Below the pieces are notes generated by a model. The model ran no database searches. It worked only from the letters and a program-made list of their open reading frames with translations, and was not told the DNA's origin. 64,000 nt of DNA, from positions 11,763 to 75,762 of the forward strand of contig JAGWKU010000001.1 in the NCBI GenBank assembly GCA_028873375.1. The letters run 5' to 3'. The translations under genes and the position numbers were made by a program. Position 1 is the first letter of the stretch; the number at the start of each line of letters is the position of its first letter. Shown here piece by piece: positions 10,501-19,376 of the stretch. The DNA comes from Verrucomicrobiota bacterium (GTDB lineage Bacteria > Chlamydiota > Chlamydiia > Chlamydiales > SM23-39).

Positions 10501-10589
10501 GAGTAGGGATCGAAACACCTTCCGCTATTTATTTCTTTGTTCGAGGCCCACAGGCAATCTGTTTTCACCCTGAGGATAGACATGGATGA
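7551..10589 (+). CDS. recB: exodeoxyribonuclease V beta subunit RecB (UvrD-type helicase plus PD-(D/E)XK nuclease)
   Basis: Walker A ASAGTGKTF, motif II VLIDEFQDTD, and a C-terminal nuclease motif GFIDLLF..VDWKTN. ATG at 7551 is preceded by GAGAGG. An alternative GTG start is at 7545. Confidence 0.85.
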   Translation: MQKFDCLAASTPVLGPHFLEASAGTGKTFAVEHIVARLLLHESPMELEQILVVTFTRAAARELKLRIRSNIERIARGQLVPWEYLAACKDPSSVRQRMSDALAAFDRCQIYTIHGFCSRMLREFSFEAGIGFTWKESFSSPRLLAALQDFFEMKLSKEVVSPEQLGIVVRWAGSVEELGRKLKKAAKIVPAKFFRDREEEFAALLQSRSPEELISLAQEFEAVKSLYKAEVKGDFKGQIEVLSSFDWEAAFRELIRHKGTLFLYLAPENRKVNAKGSMPHPFFDWGRKTLLPLIESAADPQEIFQQLLAVWKPIEFRIAQEEGILNPDQLLSTMGSAIQQETFRNSVRGKYRAVLIDEFQDTDPIQWDIFQALFLHQVEALYLIGDPKQSIYRFRQADLYTYLKAKETIAPHCHFHLDTNFRSSKELIGALNLLFDREWLKLPKEGRTLPYLPVRAGLDLSTDFKDGKGAIHCLLFQEEISELFPYLVQEIRNLRDQVVSLSSFAVLVKDRYQAAAVQQALAIAGISSMAKSQEPLSETLAFEAMEELFEALREPRHLGKAKVVLAGPFGRYAAEELQRVEESPFVELRAILEEKGWTAACQAFLKMRSKGKTVQENMALQGRSFYADCHQVFEVLLDWERREGFSFEGLGRFFDSLHRMDPEEAPCQRKDSDAEAVQIMTMHVSKGLEFDVVFALGLGTRTPECDVEAEAEKLRQLYVATTRAKRRLYIPIPTSLKKAEMGTHAPIELFCETLGSWKEELRRLSGEASLSIEELPSLVAVTPPFHFTPSLVPPAFQLPSVSPSYLLSFTALAKETSLKPLASIADPQGNYTIHNLPRGPETGVVLHALFEWIYQEKQAWKSPERIQEIVEQDLPALFSPWKKAILQMIEETLTFRLPMGFCLRDVKPGNVLVETEFVFQSQKNFLTGFIDLLFIHEEKVYFVDWKTNWLGEDASHYSEPELKAAIAAHQYDLQARIYREALERVGIETPSAIYFFVRGPQAICFHPEDRHG

Positions 10590-12123
10590 ACTTTCTTTAG
10601 AAAAGCGCCTTGTCAATCGAATTCTACGAGAGAAAAAATCTCCGCAGCTTGAAGAGTTTCTTCTCGGATTTTTAGAAAGTGTGAGGGAAGGACATCTCTG
10701 CTCCAAAATAGACGATCCTTCCCTTCTTCCCTCAGATGTTGTGTCAATAGGAGATGAGCAAACTCCTTTTCCAGAAAAGCCCCTTGTTTTGCAGGAAAAT
10801 CGCCTCTATTTACAGCGCAATTGGGCACTTGAATCTCTGATTGTTCACAAAGCGGCGGAACTCTCTTCACGAACTCCCGTTGTCTTAGATCGGCACCGCT
10901 TTGAGCAGGCGTTGACATCGATGCAAGAAACGCTTCAGCCGGGCCAAAAAAAAGCCATTGAAAGAGCCTATGACCAAATGTTTTCTCTCTTTACTGGAGG
11001 TCCGGGAACTGGCAAAACTTACACGGCAGGTTGTTTTATCCGCCTTCTAGCGGCTTGCCATCCGACTCCTCCGTTTAAAGTAGTGATTGCGGCGCCAACA
11101 GGAAAAGCGGCAGCGCACTTAGAGAGCTCATTAAAAGCTCAGAGTTCTTTGTATTTTCATTGCGAATCGATGACGCTTCATCGTTTACTAAAGTTATATC
11201 CCGGCCAGCATCGCTTTTTTTCAGATAGATTAATTGATGCTGATCTAGTGGTGGTAGATGAAGCTTCAATGATCGATGTTTCTCTTATGCTTCATTTATT
11301 AAATTCAATCGGCCCCGAAACGCGTCTCCTATTATTAGGAGATCCCAATCAACTCCCGCCCGTCGAAGCTGGGAGTCTTTTTGCAGAGATGGCAGAATTG
11401 CTTGGTCACCCTCTTGAACGATCTATGCGAACAGCTGATCCATTTTTGCTTAGCTTGGCAGAAGCGATTCAAAAAGGAGATATCCAGCCAATTCGAGAAG
11501 CGATCACTCCTTTCCCAAATTCGCTCATCGAAGAACTTTGCAGGCGGCTCCATTCGCCGATTCATTCTGTTTCGCCTGATCCTATGGGTTGCTTGCAAGA
11601 GCAAAAGCGGTTTCGTATTTTGTGTGCTTTGCGCCAAGGGCCTTTAGGAGTAGATGCTTTAAACCGAGAATTGATCCATCGATTTGAAAGGCAACTGGGG
11701 CCAGCAGATTGGCTATCGATACCTATTTTGATTACCCAAAATGATCCGCGGAGACAGCTTTACAATGGGACGATGGGAGTATTGATTCAGCAAGCAAGAG
11801 GAACTCAAGGAACTGCTTATTTAATGACGGGAGACCAAGTCCGTGCCTTTCCTGTCAATGCTCTACCTCATTTTGAGGCAGCTTTTTGTCTATCTGTGCA
11901 CAAGAGCCAGGGAAGCGAATTCGAAGAGGTAATGATTCTTTTTCCACCAGGGAGTGAGCGATTCGGTAAAGAAGCTCTTTACACGGCGGTCACGCGGGCA
12001 AAGAGAAAGGCGATGTTGATGGGGGATGCGGCTTTATTGGAAGAGGCTTTAAAAATGCCTTTGCGAAAACGCTCTGGTTTTACAGAGCGTTTCCTTGCGT
12101 TTAAGCAGAAACTCTGTTGCTAA
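10582..12123 (+). CDS. recD: exodeoxyribonuclease V alpha subunit RecD
   Basis: GGPGTGKTY (Walker A), VVVDEASMID, LLLLGDPNQLPPV and SVHKSQGSEF. ATG at 10582 overlaps the recB stop by 8 nt. Confidence 0.85.
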   Translation: MDELSLEKRLVNRILREKKSPQLEEFLLGFLESVREGHLCSKIDDPSLLPSDVVSIGDEQTPFPEKPLVLQENRLYLQRNWALESLIVHKAAELSSRTPVVLDRHRFEQALTSMQETLQPGQKKAIERAYDQMFSLFTGGPGTGKTYTAGCFIRLLAACHPTPPFKVVIAAPTGKAAAHLESSLKAQSSLYFHCESMTLHRLLKLYPGQHRFFSDRLIDADLVVVDEASMIDVSLMLHLLNSIGPETRLLLLGDPNQLPPVEAGSLFAEMAELLGHPLERSMRTADPFLLSLAEAIQKGDIQPIREAITPFPNSLIEELCRRLHSPIHSVSPDPMGCLQEQKRFRILCALRQGPLGVDALNRELIHRFERQLGPADWLSIPILITQNDPRRQLYNGTMGVLIQQARGTQGTAYLMTGDQVRAFPVNALPHFEAAFCLSVHKSQGSEFEEVMILFPPGSERFGKEALYTAVTRAKRKAMLMGDAALLEEALKMPLRKRSGFTERFLAFKQKLCC

Positions 12124-12409
12124 GACGAGATTTAGTGCGAGATGCTTTTTGTCTCTTATAAACCCCGTGTTTGACGCCTTTATCGACCAGACTAAACACG
12201 CTATTTAATCGAGATTGAATAGCTTCTTTTGGTTGTTTTTCCGAAAGAGCCTGTTCCAAATGGCGAATAGCGGTATGAACCTTGGCTTCGTAAGAGCGGT
12301 TTCGAAGGCGACGCTTTTCGCTCTGTAGATTTCTCTTCAGGGCGGAAGGGCGTTTTTGCTTGCCCTCTTTTTTCTTGTCAGGGGCTTTTTGTGCTTGTTG
12401 TTCGGCCAT
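12101..12409 (-). CDS. rpsT: 30S ribosomal protein S20
   Basis: A 102-aa basic protein, ...SALKRNLQSEKRRLRNRSYEAKVHTAIRHLE...VDKGVKHGVYKRQKASRTKSRL, which is the typical bS20 pattern. Confidence 0.9.
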   Translation of the reverse strand: MAEQQAQKAPDKKKEGKQKRPSALKRNLQSEKRRLRNRSYEAKVHTAIRHLEQALSEKQPKEAIQSRLNSVFSLVDKGVKHGVYKRQKASRTKSRLSNRVSA

Positions 12410-12534
12410 ATAAGAATCCTTTCATAGGCTTGAAAGGCTCCAATTATAGCGATTTCTTCTTAAACCGACAAGGAATCTTCTTCATTATCAATGAAGCTCT
12501 CTGGACCCTTTGTTTCCCAGCTCGCTTTGGCTCT

Positions 12535-12563
12535 TTGTTTTAATTTCGTTAAAACAATATAAT
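12535..12563 (+). promoter_or_regulatory. candidate sigma-70/66-type promoter (TTGTTT-17 nt-TATAAT)
   Basis: Hexamers at 12535-12540 and 12558-12563 with a 17-nt spacer, 26 nt upstream of the ATG at 12589. Sequence pattern only. Confidence 0.3.
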
Positions 12564-12588
12564 ATTAGCAATCAAATAGAAGAAATTC

Positions 12589-12975
12589 ATGGAATTGGAA
12601 CGTTTTTCTCTTTCCGAAGGCTTTTTTAGTTGTTCGGAACCCCTTGTAAATCCGGAAGTTACTGAATTTAAGTCAATTAAAGGAAGGCTCTCCGCCTTTC
12701 TCAACCTATTAGACAAGCTCGCCCTGGTCCCTTTGGCCTTTTTCTATAAGCTCTATAAGTCGTTCTTTTGCTGTCTCCGGGTAGGGGTTGGAGCTATAGG
12801 CCTTTTCCTGACGTTTGGCATGGCCCCTCTGATTCGCGAATTTTTTGTGGAGCACGTTTCTTTGCTGGCTCGCGATTTAGCTGACTGGGTGCTTTGGCCC
12901 ATGGCAGTTTTGACCTGCTTAGGAAGACTCCTTCTAGCTACTCTGGTTCATCCCGCCCTTTACTTCGGTTTTTAG
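12589..12975 (+). CDS. hypothetical membrane protein (128 aa)
   Basis: ATG start and two long hydrophobic segments. No family recognised. Confidence 0.5.
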   Translation: MELERFSLSEGFFSCSEPLVNPEVTEFKSIKGRLSAFLNLLDKLALVPLAFFYKLYKSFFCCLRVGVGAIGLFLTFGMAPLIREFFVEHVSLLARDLADWVLWPMAVLTCLGRLLLATLVHPALYFGF

Positions 12976-13847
12976 CGAGCCGCCTTTTCTAAGAGATGGC
13001 GCATCAAAAGGCCGAGAGGCTCGAGAAAGCAAAATCTCACTATTTTTTTTAACAATTTCCATTTCTCTTTTTGTTGATGCTGAGAAAGGGTGAGGATTTC
13101 GAGAGCTCGAAAATTTTCGATGGCAAATCGAAGGGCTGGGACTGTGTCCGAAAGAAGTGCCTTATGGATTAAATCGCCATGAAAAAAAAGATTGGTAAGG
13201 GCTGTTTTTTGGATGATTTGGCGGGGCCATCTTTTTTCTTCCCATGTAAAGACAGGAAGGCGACCCGGAAATTTTAGCTCTACTTTAAAACATTGCCCTC
13301 GTCGAATGCGCCGTTCATTATGGAAAATTTCAAATTGGTCGTAGAAGATAGGAAACATCTGTTTGCGGAGAGTGGCGTAATAGCAGGGAGTTTGTCGAAT
13401 GAGTTTTTCGGCCGGGCGGAGAATGCGACGGTTGAAAACACGGTCATCGAGAATCCAGACGATTTGATAGCCGACTTTCTGGTAGTCGCGCATTCGTTGC
13501 TTGGCTTCGTGAGGGGTGAGAAGGGAGCATTGAATTTCAAAAATAAGTTTATAAGGTTCCCACACAACGTCAGCTACTCGAAGGATTTCGGGAAATGGCT
13601 TTTCGAGAATTGTTTGCGCAGCTGGTAGAATTTTTTGAAGAGCGAGTTGGGCCAGGAGATGGTCTTGGCTTTTGCTATAAAGGCGGCAAGTGGGGGATTG
13701 GCTGAGATGGTAGAAATGGGGAACGCGATAGGGGCCTCGCCGCACTTTGACAGGACGATGGCAGCCTGTGCAGCGGTAGACCCGCCGCTCTTCAGCCTCT
13801 GCTGCGTAAATTAAGATTTCGTCTTCTTCTAGGGCGTAAAGTGTCAT
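12972..13847 (-). CDS. coiA: competence protein CoiA-like nuclease family protein
   Basis: The N-terminal YRCTGCHRPVKVRRGPYRVPHFYHL matches the CoiA zinc-ribbon/HF.H signature, followed by a PD-(D/E)XK-like region (..WEPYKLIFEIQCS..). ATG at 13847; the ORF track starts one codon earlier at a TTG. Confidence 0.6.
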   Translation of the reverse strand: MTLYALEEDEILIYAAEAEERRVYRCTGCHRPVKVRRGPYRVPHFYHLSQSPTCRLYSKSQDHLLAQLALQKILPAAQTILEKPFPEILRVADVVWEPYKLIFEIQCSLLTPHEAKQRMRDYQKVGYQIVWILDDRVFNRRILRPAEKLIRQTPCYYATLRKQMFPIFYDQFEIFHNERRIRRGQCFKVELKFPGRLPVFTWEEKRWPRQIIQKTALTNLFFHGDLIHKALLSDTVPALRFAIENFRALEILTLSQHQQKEKWKLLKKIVRFCFLEPLGLLMRHLLEKAAR

Positions 13848-13881
13848 CAAGCTTGCAAATAATCTAAGAGCTTATATGATA

Positions 13882-13910
13882 TTGACATAAAGGGGGCCCT
13901 TGTCCACAAT
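13882..13910 (+). promoter_or_regulatory. candidate promoter for rpoD (TTGACA-17 nt-CACAAT)
   Basis: Perfect -35 hexamer at 13882-13887 and a -10-like hexamer at 13905-13910, 55 nt upstream of the rpoD ATG. Pattern only. Confidence 0.3.
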
Positions 13911-13964
13911 ATTTTCGTTTGTCCTCATTGCAAATAGACGATCTTTTCTTCATTTTAGGAGCTC

Positions 13965-15623
13965 ATGAGCGGTACCACAGCCTTTAGTAACCCCCAGCAT
14001 CAGCAAAAAATAGAGGAGCTTGTAGCGATTGCCAAAGAGCAAGGCTACCTCACGTATGAGGAGATCAATGAAATTCTCCCCATGACGTTCGATTCTCCTG
14101 AGCAAATCGACCAAGTGTTGATTTTCTTGGGAGGAATGGACATCCAAGTCCTCAACCAAGCTGAAGTAGAACGACAAAAAGAGCGTAAAAAGGAAGCCAA
14201 AGAACTCGAAGGGCTCCCAAAACGGACAGAGGGCACTTCTGACGACCCTGTGAGAATGTATCTCAAAGAAATGGGATCGGTTCCTCTCTTAACACGTGAA
14301 GAGGAAGTAGAGATTTCTAAGCGCATTGAAAAAGCGCAAATTCAAATTGAAAAGATTATTTTACGTTTTCGCTATTCAACTCGAGAAGCGATCTCAATTG
14401 CCCACTACTTAATTTCAGGCAAAGATCGATTTGATAAGCTTATTTCGGAAAAAGAAGTCGCCGATAAAGGGCAATTCCTTTCCCTTCTTCCTAAGTTGTC
14501 TGAGTTGATGAAAAAAGAAGATCAGCTATTAGAACAACTGCTGATTCAAGCCCGTGATCCCAATCTTAAAAAAGAAGACCGCGCGCAATTGATGGAAGAT
14601 GTTGAGAAGTGTCGCATCCGTTCGCAAGCCTATTTGCGTAGATTTTGCTGCCGACACAACATCATCGAAGATTTTGGCGAGGTCATCCTGGCAGCTTATG
14701 AGCGATTCCTCATATTAGAAAAAGAGATCCAAGAACTCACCCCCCGCGCAGAGAAGAACAAATTTGCGGCCGCGAAACTCGCTGCAGCAAAACGGAAATT
14801 GTATAAGCGGGAACTCGCTGCAGGACGCAATTTAGAAGAGTTTAAAAAAGATGTCCGAATGCTTCAGCGCTGGATGGATAAGAGCCAGGAAGCTAAGCGC
14901 GAAATGGTCGAATCCAACTTGCGACTAGTCATTTCGATTGCGAAGAAATACACCAACCGCGGCCTTTCTTTCCTCGATCTAATCCAGGAAGGAAACATGG
15001 GTCTGATGAAAGCCGTCGAAAAATTCGAATATCGGCGCGGTTACAAGTTTTCGACCTATGCGACGTGGTGGATTCGACAGGCAGTGACCCGTGCGATTGC
15101 TGACCAGGCACGCACAATCCGTATTCCTGTCCATATGATTGAAACGATCAATAAAGTTCTCCGCGGAGCGAAAAAGCTCATGATGGAGACAGGTCGGGAA
15201 CCTACTCCGGAAGAATTGGCCAATGAACTTGGACTCACGCCGGAGCGGGTACGCGAAATTTACAAAATCGCTCAACATCCAATCTCTTTGCAAGCTGAAG
15301 TAGGAGATGGTGGTGAAAGTCAATTTGGCGACTTCCTTGAAGATACGGCGATCGAATCGCCAGCAGAAGCGACTGGCTACGCGATTTTAAAAGACAAGAT
15401 GAACGAAGTTCTTGCGACTCTTACAGAGCGCGAGAGAACTGTTTTGATTGAGCGATTTGGTCTTCTCGATGGAAAGCCTAAGACGCTGGAAGAGGTGGGC
15501 GTTCGTTTCAAAGTCACTCGCGAGCGGGTACGTCAAATTGAAGCCAAAGCGCTTCGTAAAATGCGACATCCTACTCGTGCTAAACAACTTCAAGCTTTCT
15601 TGGACCTCCTCGAAGGGGAATGA
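13965..15623 (+). CDS. rpoD: primary RNA polymerase sigma factor RpoD (sigma-66/70)
   Basis: Region 2 [74 protein letters not shown] and region 4 [39 protein letters not shown]. Confidence 0.95.
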   Translation: MSGTTAFSNPQHQQKIEELVAIAKEQGYLTYEEINEILPMTFDSPEQIDQVLIFLGGMDIQVLNQAEVERQKERKKEAKELEGLPKRTEGTSDDPVRMYLKEMGSVPLLTREEEVEISKRIEKAQIQIEKIILRFRYSTREAISIAHYLISGKDRFDKLISEKEVADKGQFLSLLPKLSELMKKEDQLLEQLLIQARDPNLKKEDRAQLMEDVEKCRIRSQAYLRRFCCRHNIIEDFGEVILAAYERFLILEKEIQELTPRAEKNKFAAAKLAAAKRKLYKRELAAGRNLEEFKKDVRMLQRWMDKSQEAKREMVESNLRLVISIAKKYTNRGLSFLDLIQEGNMGLMKAVEKFEYRRGYKFSTYATWWIRQAVTRAIADQARTIRIPVHMIETINKVLRGAKKLMMETGREPTPEELANELGLTPERVREIYKIAQHPISLQAEVGDGGESQFGDFLEDTAIESPAEATGYAILKDKMNEVLATLTERERTVLIERFGLLDGKPKTLEEVGVRFKVTRERVRQIEAKALRKMRHPTRAKQLQAFLDLLEGE

Positions 15624-15640
15624 TTTTTCTCCCCGTTCCT

Positions 15641-15663
15641 AAATGTAAAGCCGCTTTACATTT
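15641..15663. repeat. palindromic repeat copy 2 (aaatgtaaagc-c-gctttacattt)
   Basis: Perfect 11-1-11 palindrome beginning 18 nt after the rpoD stop. Confidence 0.95.
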
Positions 15664-15678
15664 GATTCTGCGTTCGAC

Positions 15679-15701
15679 AAATGTAAAGCCGCTTTACATT
15701 T
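15679..15701. repeat. palindromic repeat copy 3 (aaatgtaaagc-c-gctttacattt)
   Basis: Identical to copy 2, with centres 38 nt apart. It lies 49 nt upstream of the next ATG (15750). Confidence 0.95.
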
Positions 15702-15749
15702 GAACGAAAATCTTGATAGAAGGAGGAAAACCCCAACTGGAGGATAAGG

Positions 15750-15965
15750 ATGAATCTCAAACAAATCATTGGTTTGGTCTTGTTGGCAATTGGCGTCATC
15801 ATGATCATTTATGCAGTTCAATCAATGAATTCTTTCACAACACATGAAATCACTCGCAAAATCACTGGCAGATGGGACAGAGAAAATCTTAGCTATGTGG
15901 GAGTGGGGGCTCTATTAATAATCGGTGGAGCTGTTGCGGCGTTCTTTTACCGCAAGAAGAGATAG
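15750..15965 (+). CDS. small two-TM membrane protein (71 aa, possibly DUF3185-like)
   Basis: GGAGGA RBS upstream of the ATG. Two hydrophobic helices flank a polar loop, with a C-terminal YRKKR. Confidence 0.55.
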   Translation: MNLKQIIGLVLLAIGVIMIIYAVQSMNSFTTHEITRKITGRWDRENLSYVGVGALLIIGGAVAAFFYRKKR

Positions 15966-15967
15966 TT

Positions 15968-16040
15968 TGGAGCGTATCGGAGTCGAACCGATGGCCTCAA
16001 CAATGCCATTGTTGCGCTCTACCAACTGAGCTAACGCCCC
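15968..16040 (-). tRNA. tRNA-Ala (anticodon GGC)
   Basis: The reverse complement folds as a 73-nt cloverleaf: acceptor GGGGCGT/ACGCTCC with the G3:U70 alanine identity pair, D arm GCTC-AGTTGGTA-GAGC, anticodon arm CAACA-ATGGCAT-TGTTG, T arm ATCGG-TTCGACT-CCGAT. CCA is not encoded. Confidence 0.9.
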
Positions 16041-16067
16041 ACTAGAGTCTGGGCCAAAATTCTAGAA

Positions 16068-16105
16068 GGAAACCCTATTTTGATTCAAGAAGGGTTTCCT
16101 TTTTG
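16068..16105 (+). terminator. hairpin plus T-tract (intrinsic-terminator-like)
   Basis: ggaaaccct (16068-16076) pairs with agggtttcc (16091-16099) and is followed by ttttt. It lies between tRNA-Ala and aspC, and it is unclear which transcript it ends. Confidence 0.4.
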
Positions 16106-16146
16106 CTCTTATTTTCTCAATCGGGTATTTTTTTCTCGAGGTTCAT

Positions 16147-17340
16147 ATGATTTTTTTTGAACATGTAATAGAAGGCCCTCCCGATGCCGTCTTTGGGTTG
16201 ATGGGAACATTTCGAGCTGATCAAAGACCCGAGAAAATCAATTTAATGGTCGGAATCTACAAAGATGAGCATCTCAAAAGCGAAGTGATGCCGGTAGTGA
16301 AAAAGGCGAAGGAAAAAGTGCTCGCCTCTGATCAAATGGCCGATTATTTGCCTTTTGACGGGGCTCCCCAGTTCTTTGAGTCCTTGGGTAAATTGGTCTT
16401 TAGAGAATGGGGGAACGTCGAAGATCGGGTATATGCCACACAGGCCATTGGCGGTACAGGGGCCCTTCGACTGGGGGCTGACTTTTTGGCTCAGGAAGTT
16501 GGAAAGAGGGTTTGGATCCCGCAGCCGACGTGGGCTAATCATCGGGGAATCTTTGAAAGGGCTGGCTTTACAGTAGAGACATTGCCCTATTATAGCTCGG
16601 CCCAGCATGGGATTGATAAGAGTGCTTATTTCAAACATCTTCGCTCGCTTCCTCCAAAAAGCGTCGTTCTCTTCCATGGAACGTGTCACAATCCGACTGG
16701 ATGTGATCCTACGCTGGAAGAATGGAAAGAAATTTCTCACATCTGCAAGGAGCGTTCTCTCCTTCCTTTCTTCGATTTTGCTTACCAGGGATTTGGAGAT
16801 GGGGTTGAGGAGGATGCAGGGCCGGTGCGTCTTTTTCTCGATGAAGGACATGAGTTTTTAGTGGCTTATTCGTGTTCGAAGAACTTTAGTTTGTATTGTC
16901 AGAGGGTTGGAGCTCTCTTTGTCGTCTGCAAAGAGGCGGCTGTAAAGCCAAGAGTAGGAAGTCAAATCAAGAGAATTATCCGAACGACGTATTCCAATCC
17001 TCCTGCTCATGGGGCCAAAATTGTAGCGGAAGTTTTAAACGACCGAGCGTTGAAGGTTGAGTGGTTGAAAGAATTAGATCAGATGCGCCACCGTATTTCG
17101 CAAGCGCGCGCTTTGTTGGTCAAAAAATTAGTCGCTAAAGCAAAGAAAATCGACTTTCGATTTGTACAGCAGCACAAAGGAATGTTTTCTTATCTCGATC
17201 TAAGTCCCAAGCAAGTAAAAGAATTGATGGAGAAGCATGGGATTTACATGTTGGATAGCGGCCGGATCAATGTGGCAGGATTGACTTCTCAAAATATCGA
17301 TCGTGTAGTAGACCAGGTGATTGCGGTGAGTGAAGCGTGA
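16147..17340 (+). CDS. aspC: aspartate/aromatic amino acid aminotransferase (class I)
   Basis: CHNPTGCDP and YSCSKNFSLYCQRVGA (PLP-lysine motif SKNF.LY..RVG), plus RIIRTTYSNPPAHGA. 397 aa. Confidence 0.9.
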   Translation: MIFFEHVIEGPPDAVFGLMGTFRADQRPEKINLMVGIYKDEHLKSEVMPVVKKAKEKVLASDQMADYLPFDGAPQFFESLGKLVFREWGNVEDRVYATQAIGGTGALRLGADFLAQEVGKRVWIPQPTWANHRGIFERAGFTVETLPYYSSAQHGIDKSAYFKHLRSLPPKSVVLFHGTCHNPTGCDPTLEEWKEISHICKERSLLPFFDFAYQGFGDGVEEDAGPVRLFLDEGHEFLVAYSCSKNFSLYCQRVGALFVVCKEAAVKPRVGSQIKRIIRTTYSNPPAHGAKIVAEVLNDRALKVEWLKELDQMRHRISQARALLVKKLVAKAKKIDFRFVQQHKGMFSYLDLSPKQVKELMEKHGIYMLDSGRINVAGLTSQNIDRVVDQVIAVSEA

Positions 17341-18401
17341 AACGCTCGTTTTTCTTGTTGCCTGTCTTTCTCTTTTTGCTTCTCAGCTTGCCTGAGGGCG
17401 CCTCTAATCGTCTCCGATCGCGTACGGTGGCTTTACTGTCTCCTTTTTGGAAATTAGGCGATGCGGCTCGAAAGCCTCTCGTTCCGGTGGCCCCTGTTTC
17501 TTCTCAGGAAGTGAATAGCTTGCAGTTGGAAAATCATCAATTGCGAAGCCAGCTCGATCTAGTTTACGAATGGCTGAGTTCAGAAAAGCGGTTGCGCGAT
17601 CAAATCGATGTGTTTCGCGAATTGAAGGGAGAGCCCAAGGAATTCATTGAGCGACGGACGAAGGAGATGAAAGCTCTCCTTCAAAAACAAGCGATGGCGG
17701 CCTTTGGACGGATCATTTATCGCGATCCGAATTCATGGAGCAGCAGCTGCTGGATTGATGTGGGAGAAGAGGATAATGAGGCGCTCGGTCAGCCTATTGT
17801 GGCCAAGAATAGCCCTGTTGTCGCAGGCGCTTCTTTGGTCGGCATTGTGGAGTATGTAGGCAAACGACATTCTCGAGTGAGACTCATCACCGATTCAGGA
17901 TTGAAAATTGCAGTACGAGCTGTGAGAGGGTCGATTCAAGAGCGAGAAATGGCCTCATTGGTACATGTCTTGCTTGATCGATTGCAGAGATACTCTCAAG
18001 GGAAAGAACAGGTCGCGGTCGATGGATTGGCGCAGTTGGAAAAAAAATTCCCGGTTCGGTGGAGCGATTCTTATTTAGCAAAGGGAGAGGTTTTTGGCAG
18101 TAGCGCTACCTATTTTCGCTCTCTCAAGTCGACATTGAAGGGAGTTGGATTCAATTGTGATGTGAGTGACGCAGAAGGGCCTGCTCGTGATTTGCGAAGT
18201 GGAATTTTAAAAAAGGGAGATTTTCTCCTCACTTCCGGCCTCGATGGAGTTTTTCCTCCTGGGCTGAAAGTGGGTGTTGTCAGCTCTGTAAAGCCGCTGC
18301 GTGAAGGGGCCTTTGCCTATGAATTAGAGGCTGTTCCCTCGGCGGAGAATTTGTCTGATCTTACTTCTATCTACGTCCTCCCCCCCCTTAGCTTGGAGTG
18401 A
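17337..18401 (+). CDS. mreC: rod shape-determining protein MreC
   Basis: The GTG start overlaps the aspC stop (GTGA). N-terminal TM, a coiled LQLENHQLRSQLDL, and the core VVAGASLVGIVEYVGKRHSRVRLITDSGLKIAVR. Confidence 0.8.
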   Translation: MKRSFFLLPVFLFLLLSLPEGASNRLRSRTVALLSPFWKLGDAARKPLVPVAPVSSQEVNSLQLENHQLRSQLDLVYEWLSSEKRLRDQIDVFRELKGEPKEFIERRTKEMKALLQKQAMAAFGRIIYRDPNSWSSSCWIDVGEEDNEALGQPIVAKNSPVVAGASLVGIVEYVGKRHSRVRLITDSGLKIAVRAVRGSIQEREMASLVHVLLDRLQRYSQGKEQVAVDGLAQLEKKFPVRWSDSYLAKGEVFGSSATYFRSLKSTLKGVGFNCDVSDAEGPARDLRSGILKKGDFLLTSGLDGVFPPGLKVGVVSSVKPLREGAFAYELEAVPSAENLSDLTSIYVLPPLSLE

Positions 18402-19376
18402 GCCAAAGGCTTTCTCGTAGAGTTCGCGTTGAAGCGGCTCAAAATTCCTGGCTTTACATAGATTTTTCTCAATTTGAAAGAGGAGATTGCGGTCGGGATG
18501 CACCCTTTGTCCGCAGGAGTGGAGCCGGGCTAGGGGTAGGGAGGAGCGAGCAAGGAGGAACATTGGCTTTTGGAAGGCAAGAACGTCATACCCAACAGAG
18601 GAATAATCGCCTAAGTAGGCGTCAATTCGTTCAAGAAGCGGATAGACAGGAGGAAATTCATGGATGAGGAACACGTTTTCCAAAGAGGCAGTGAGTCGGC
18701 AAAATAGAGCGGGATCTCTTTGTGAAAGGAGAGGGTGGATTTTGATGAGGACATTCCAGTCGCTTTTTTGATTGAGTTGCTGGAAGGTCTCAAAAAAAGA
18801 GGTCGATTGATCGGCATCTTGCCAAGTGGGAGCGTAGAGAAGAGTGGGACGTTTGGGATCGAGGAAGGAAAAGACCTCTTTTTGGGCTGCTGCTCGTAAT
18901 CTCTCTCGATGGGTTTGAAAGTAAAGCCAACGATGATTGCCGATCATCCAGTAGTCAGGAATTTGGATATTTAACTCTTCGAGCATTTTTTTCAGCAAAT
19001 TGCCGTACAGAAGGACGCCATCTTGAGTTGCATAGGGAGCTAAAAGTGGGGTGGCATAGCCTTTATCTGATTGTCCATGAGGGCAAAAGATGAGTTCCAT
19101 TTTTTTGTGAAAGAGGGTCCGAAAGAGCTCTTTGAGGTGAGGCGCCCAATATTTGCATTCGATGAGCAGGTCGAATCGGTCGGCAATTTCTTTGAGATGA
19201 AATTCGAGATGAGTCCACCGCTCGGTAGACACTTCAGGATAATATTTTGCTGCGAGAAGTTCATTTTCTTCTTCGGTGACAATAAGAGGGATGTTGAGGA
19301 TGGAAGCGAGAGGTGCGATGTGATCGAGGAGATGGATGTCTGGTCCGGTATTGAATGCACAAGCTTTTAAAAGCAT
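18324..19376 (-). CDS. CDP-glycerol glycerophosphotransferase (TagB/TagF)-like protein, paralog 1
   Basis: LLYAPTWQD..., LIKIHPLL and DAYLGDYSSVGYDVLAFQKPMFLL match the Glyphos_transf pattern (ilYAPTwR, iK.HP, ITDYSSv.fDf..l.kPiif). Confidence 0.65.
   Translation of the reverse strand: MLLKACAFNTGPDIHLLDHIAPLASILNIPLIVTEEENELLAAKYYPEVSTERWTHLEFHLKEIADRFDLLIECKYWAPHLKELFRTLFHKKMELIFCPHGQSDKGYATPLLAPYATQDGVLLYGNLLKKMLEELNIQIPDYWMIGNHRWLYFQTHRERLRAAAQKEVFSFLDPKRPTLLYAPTWQDADQSTSFFETFQQLNQKSDWNVLIKIHPLLSQRDPALFCRLTASLENVFLIHEFPPVYPLLERIDAYLGDYSSVGYDVLAFQKPMFLLARSSLPLARLHSCGQRVHPDRNLLFQIEKNLCKARNFEPLQRELYEKAFGSLQAKGGEDVDRSKIRQILRRGNSL

Noticed and set aside
16243-16851. A 202-aa minus-strand ORF. 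Similar long antisense ORFs occur at 27647-28138, 30190-30699, 37511-37931, 38120-38620 and 9005-9403.
   Set aside because: All are antisense to confidently identified genes (aspC, gspE, pseudopilins, the TPR protein, recB) and have no recognisable motifs or RBS.
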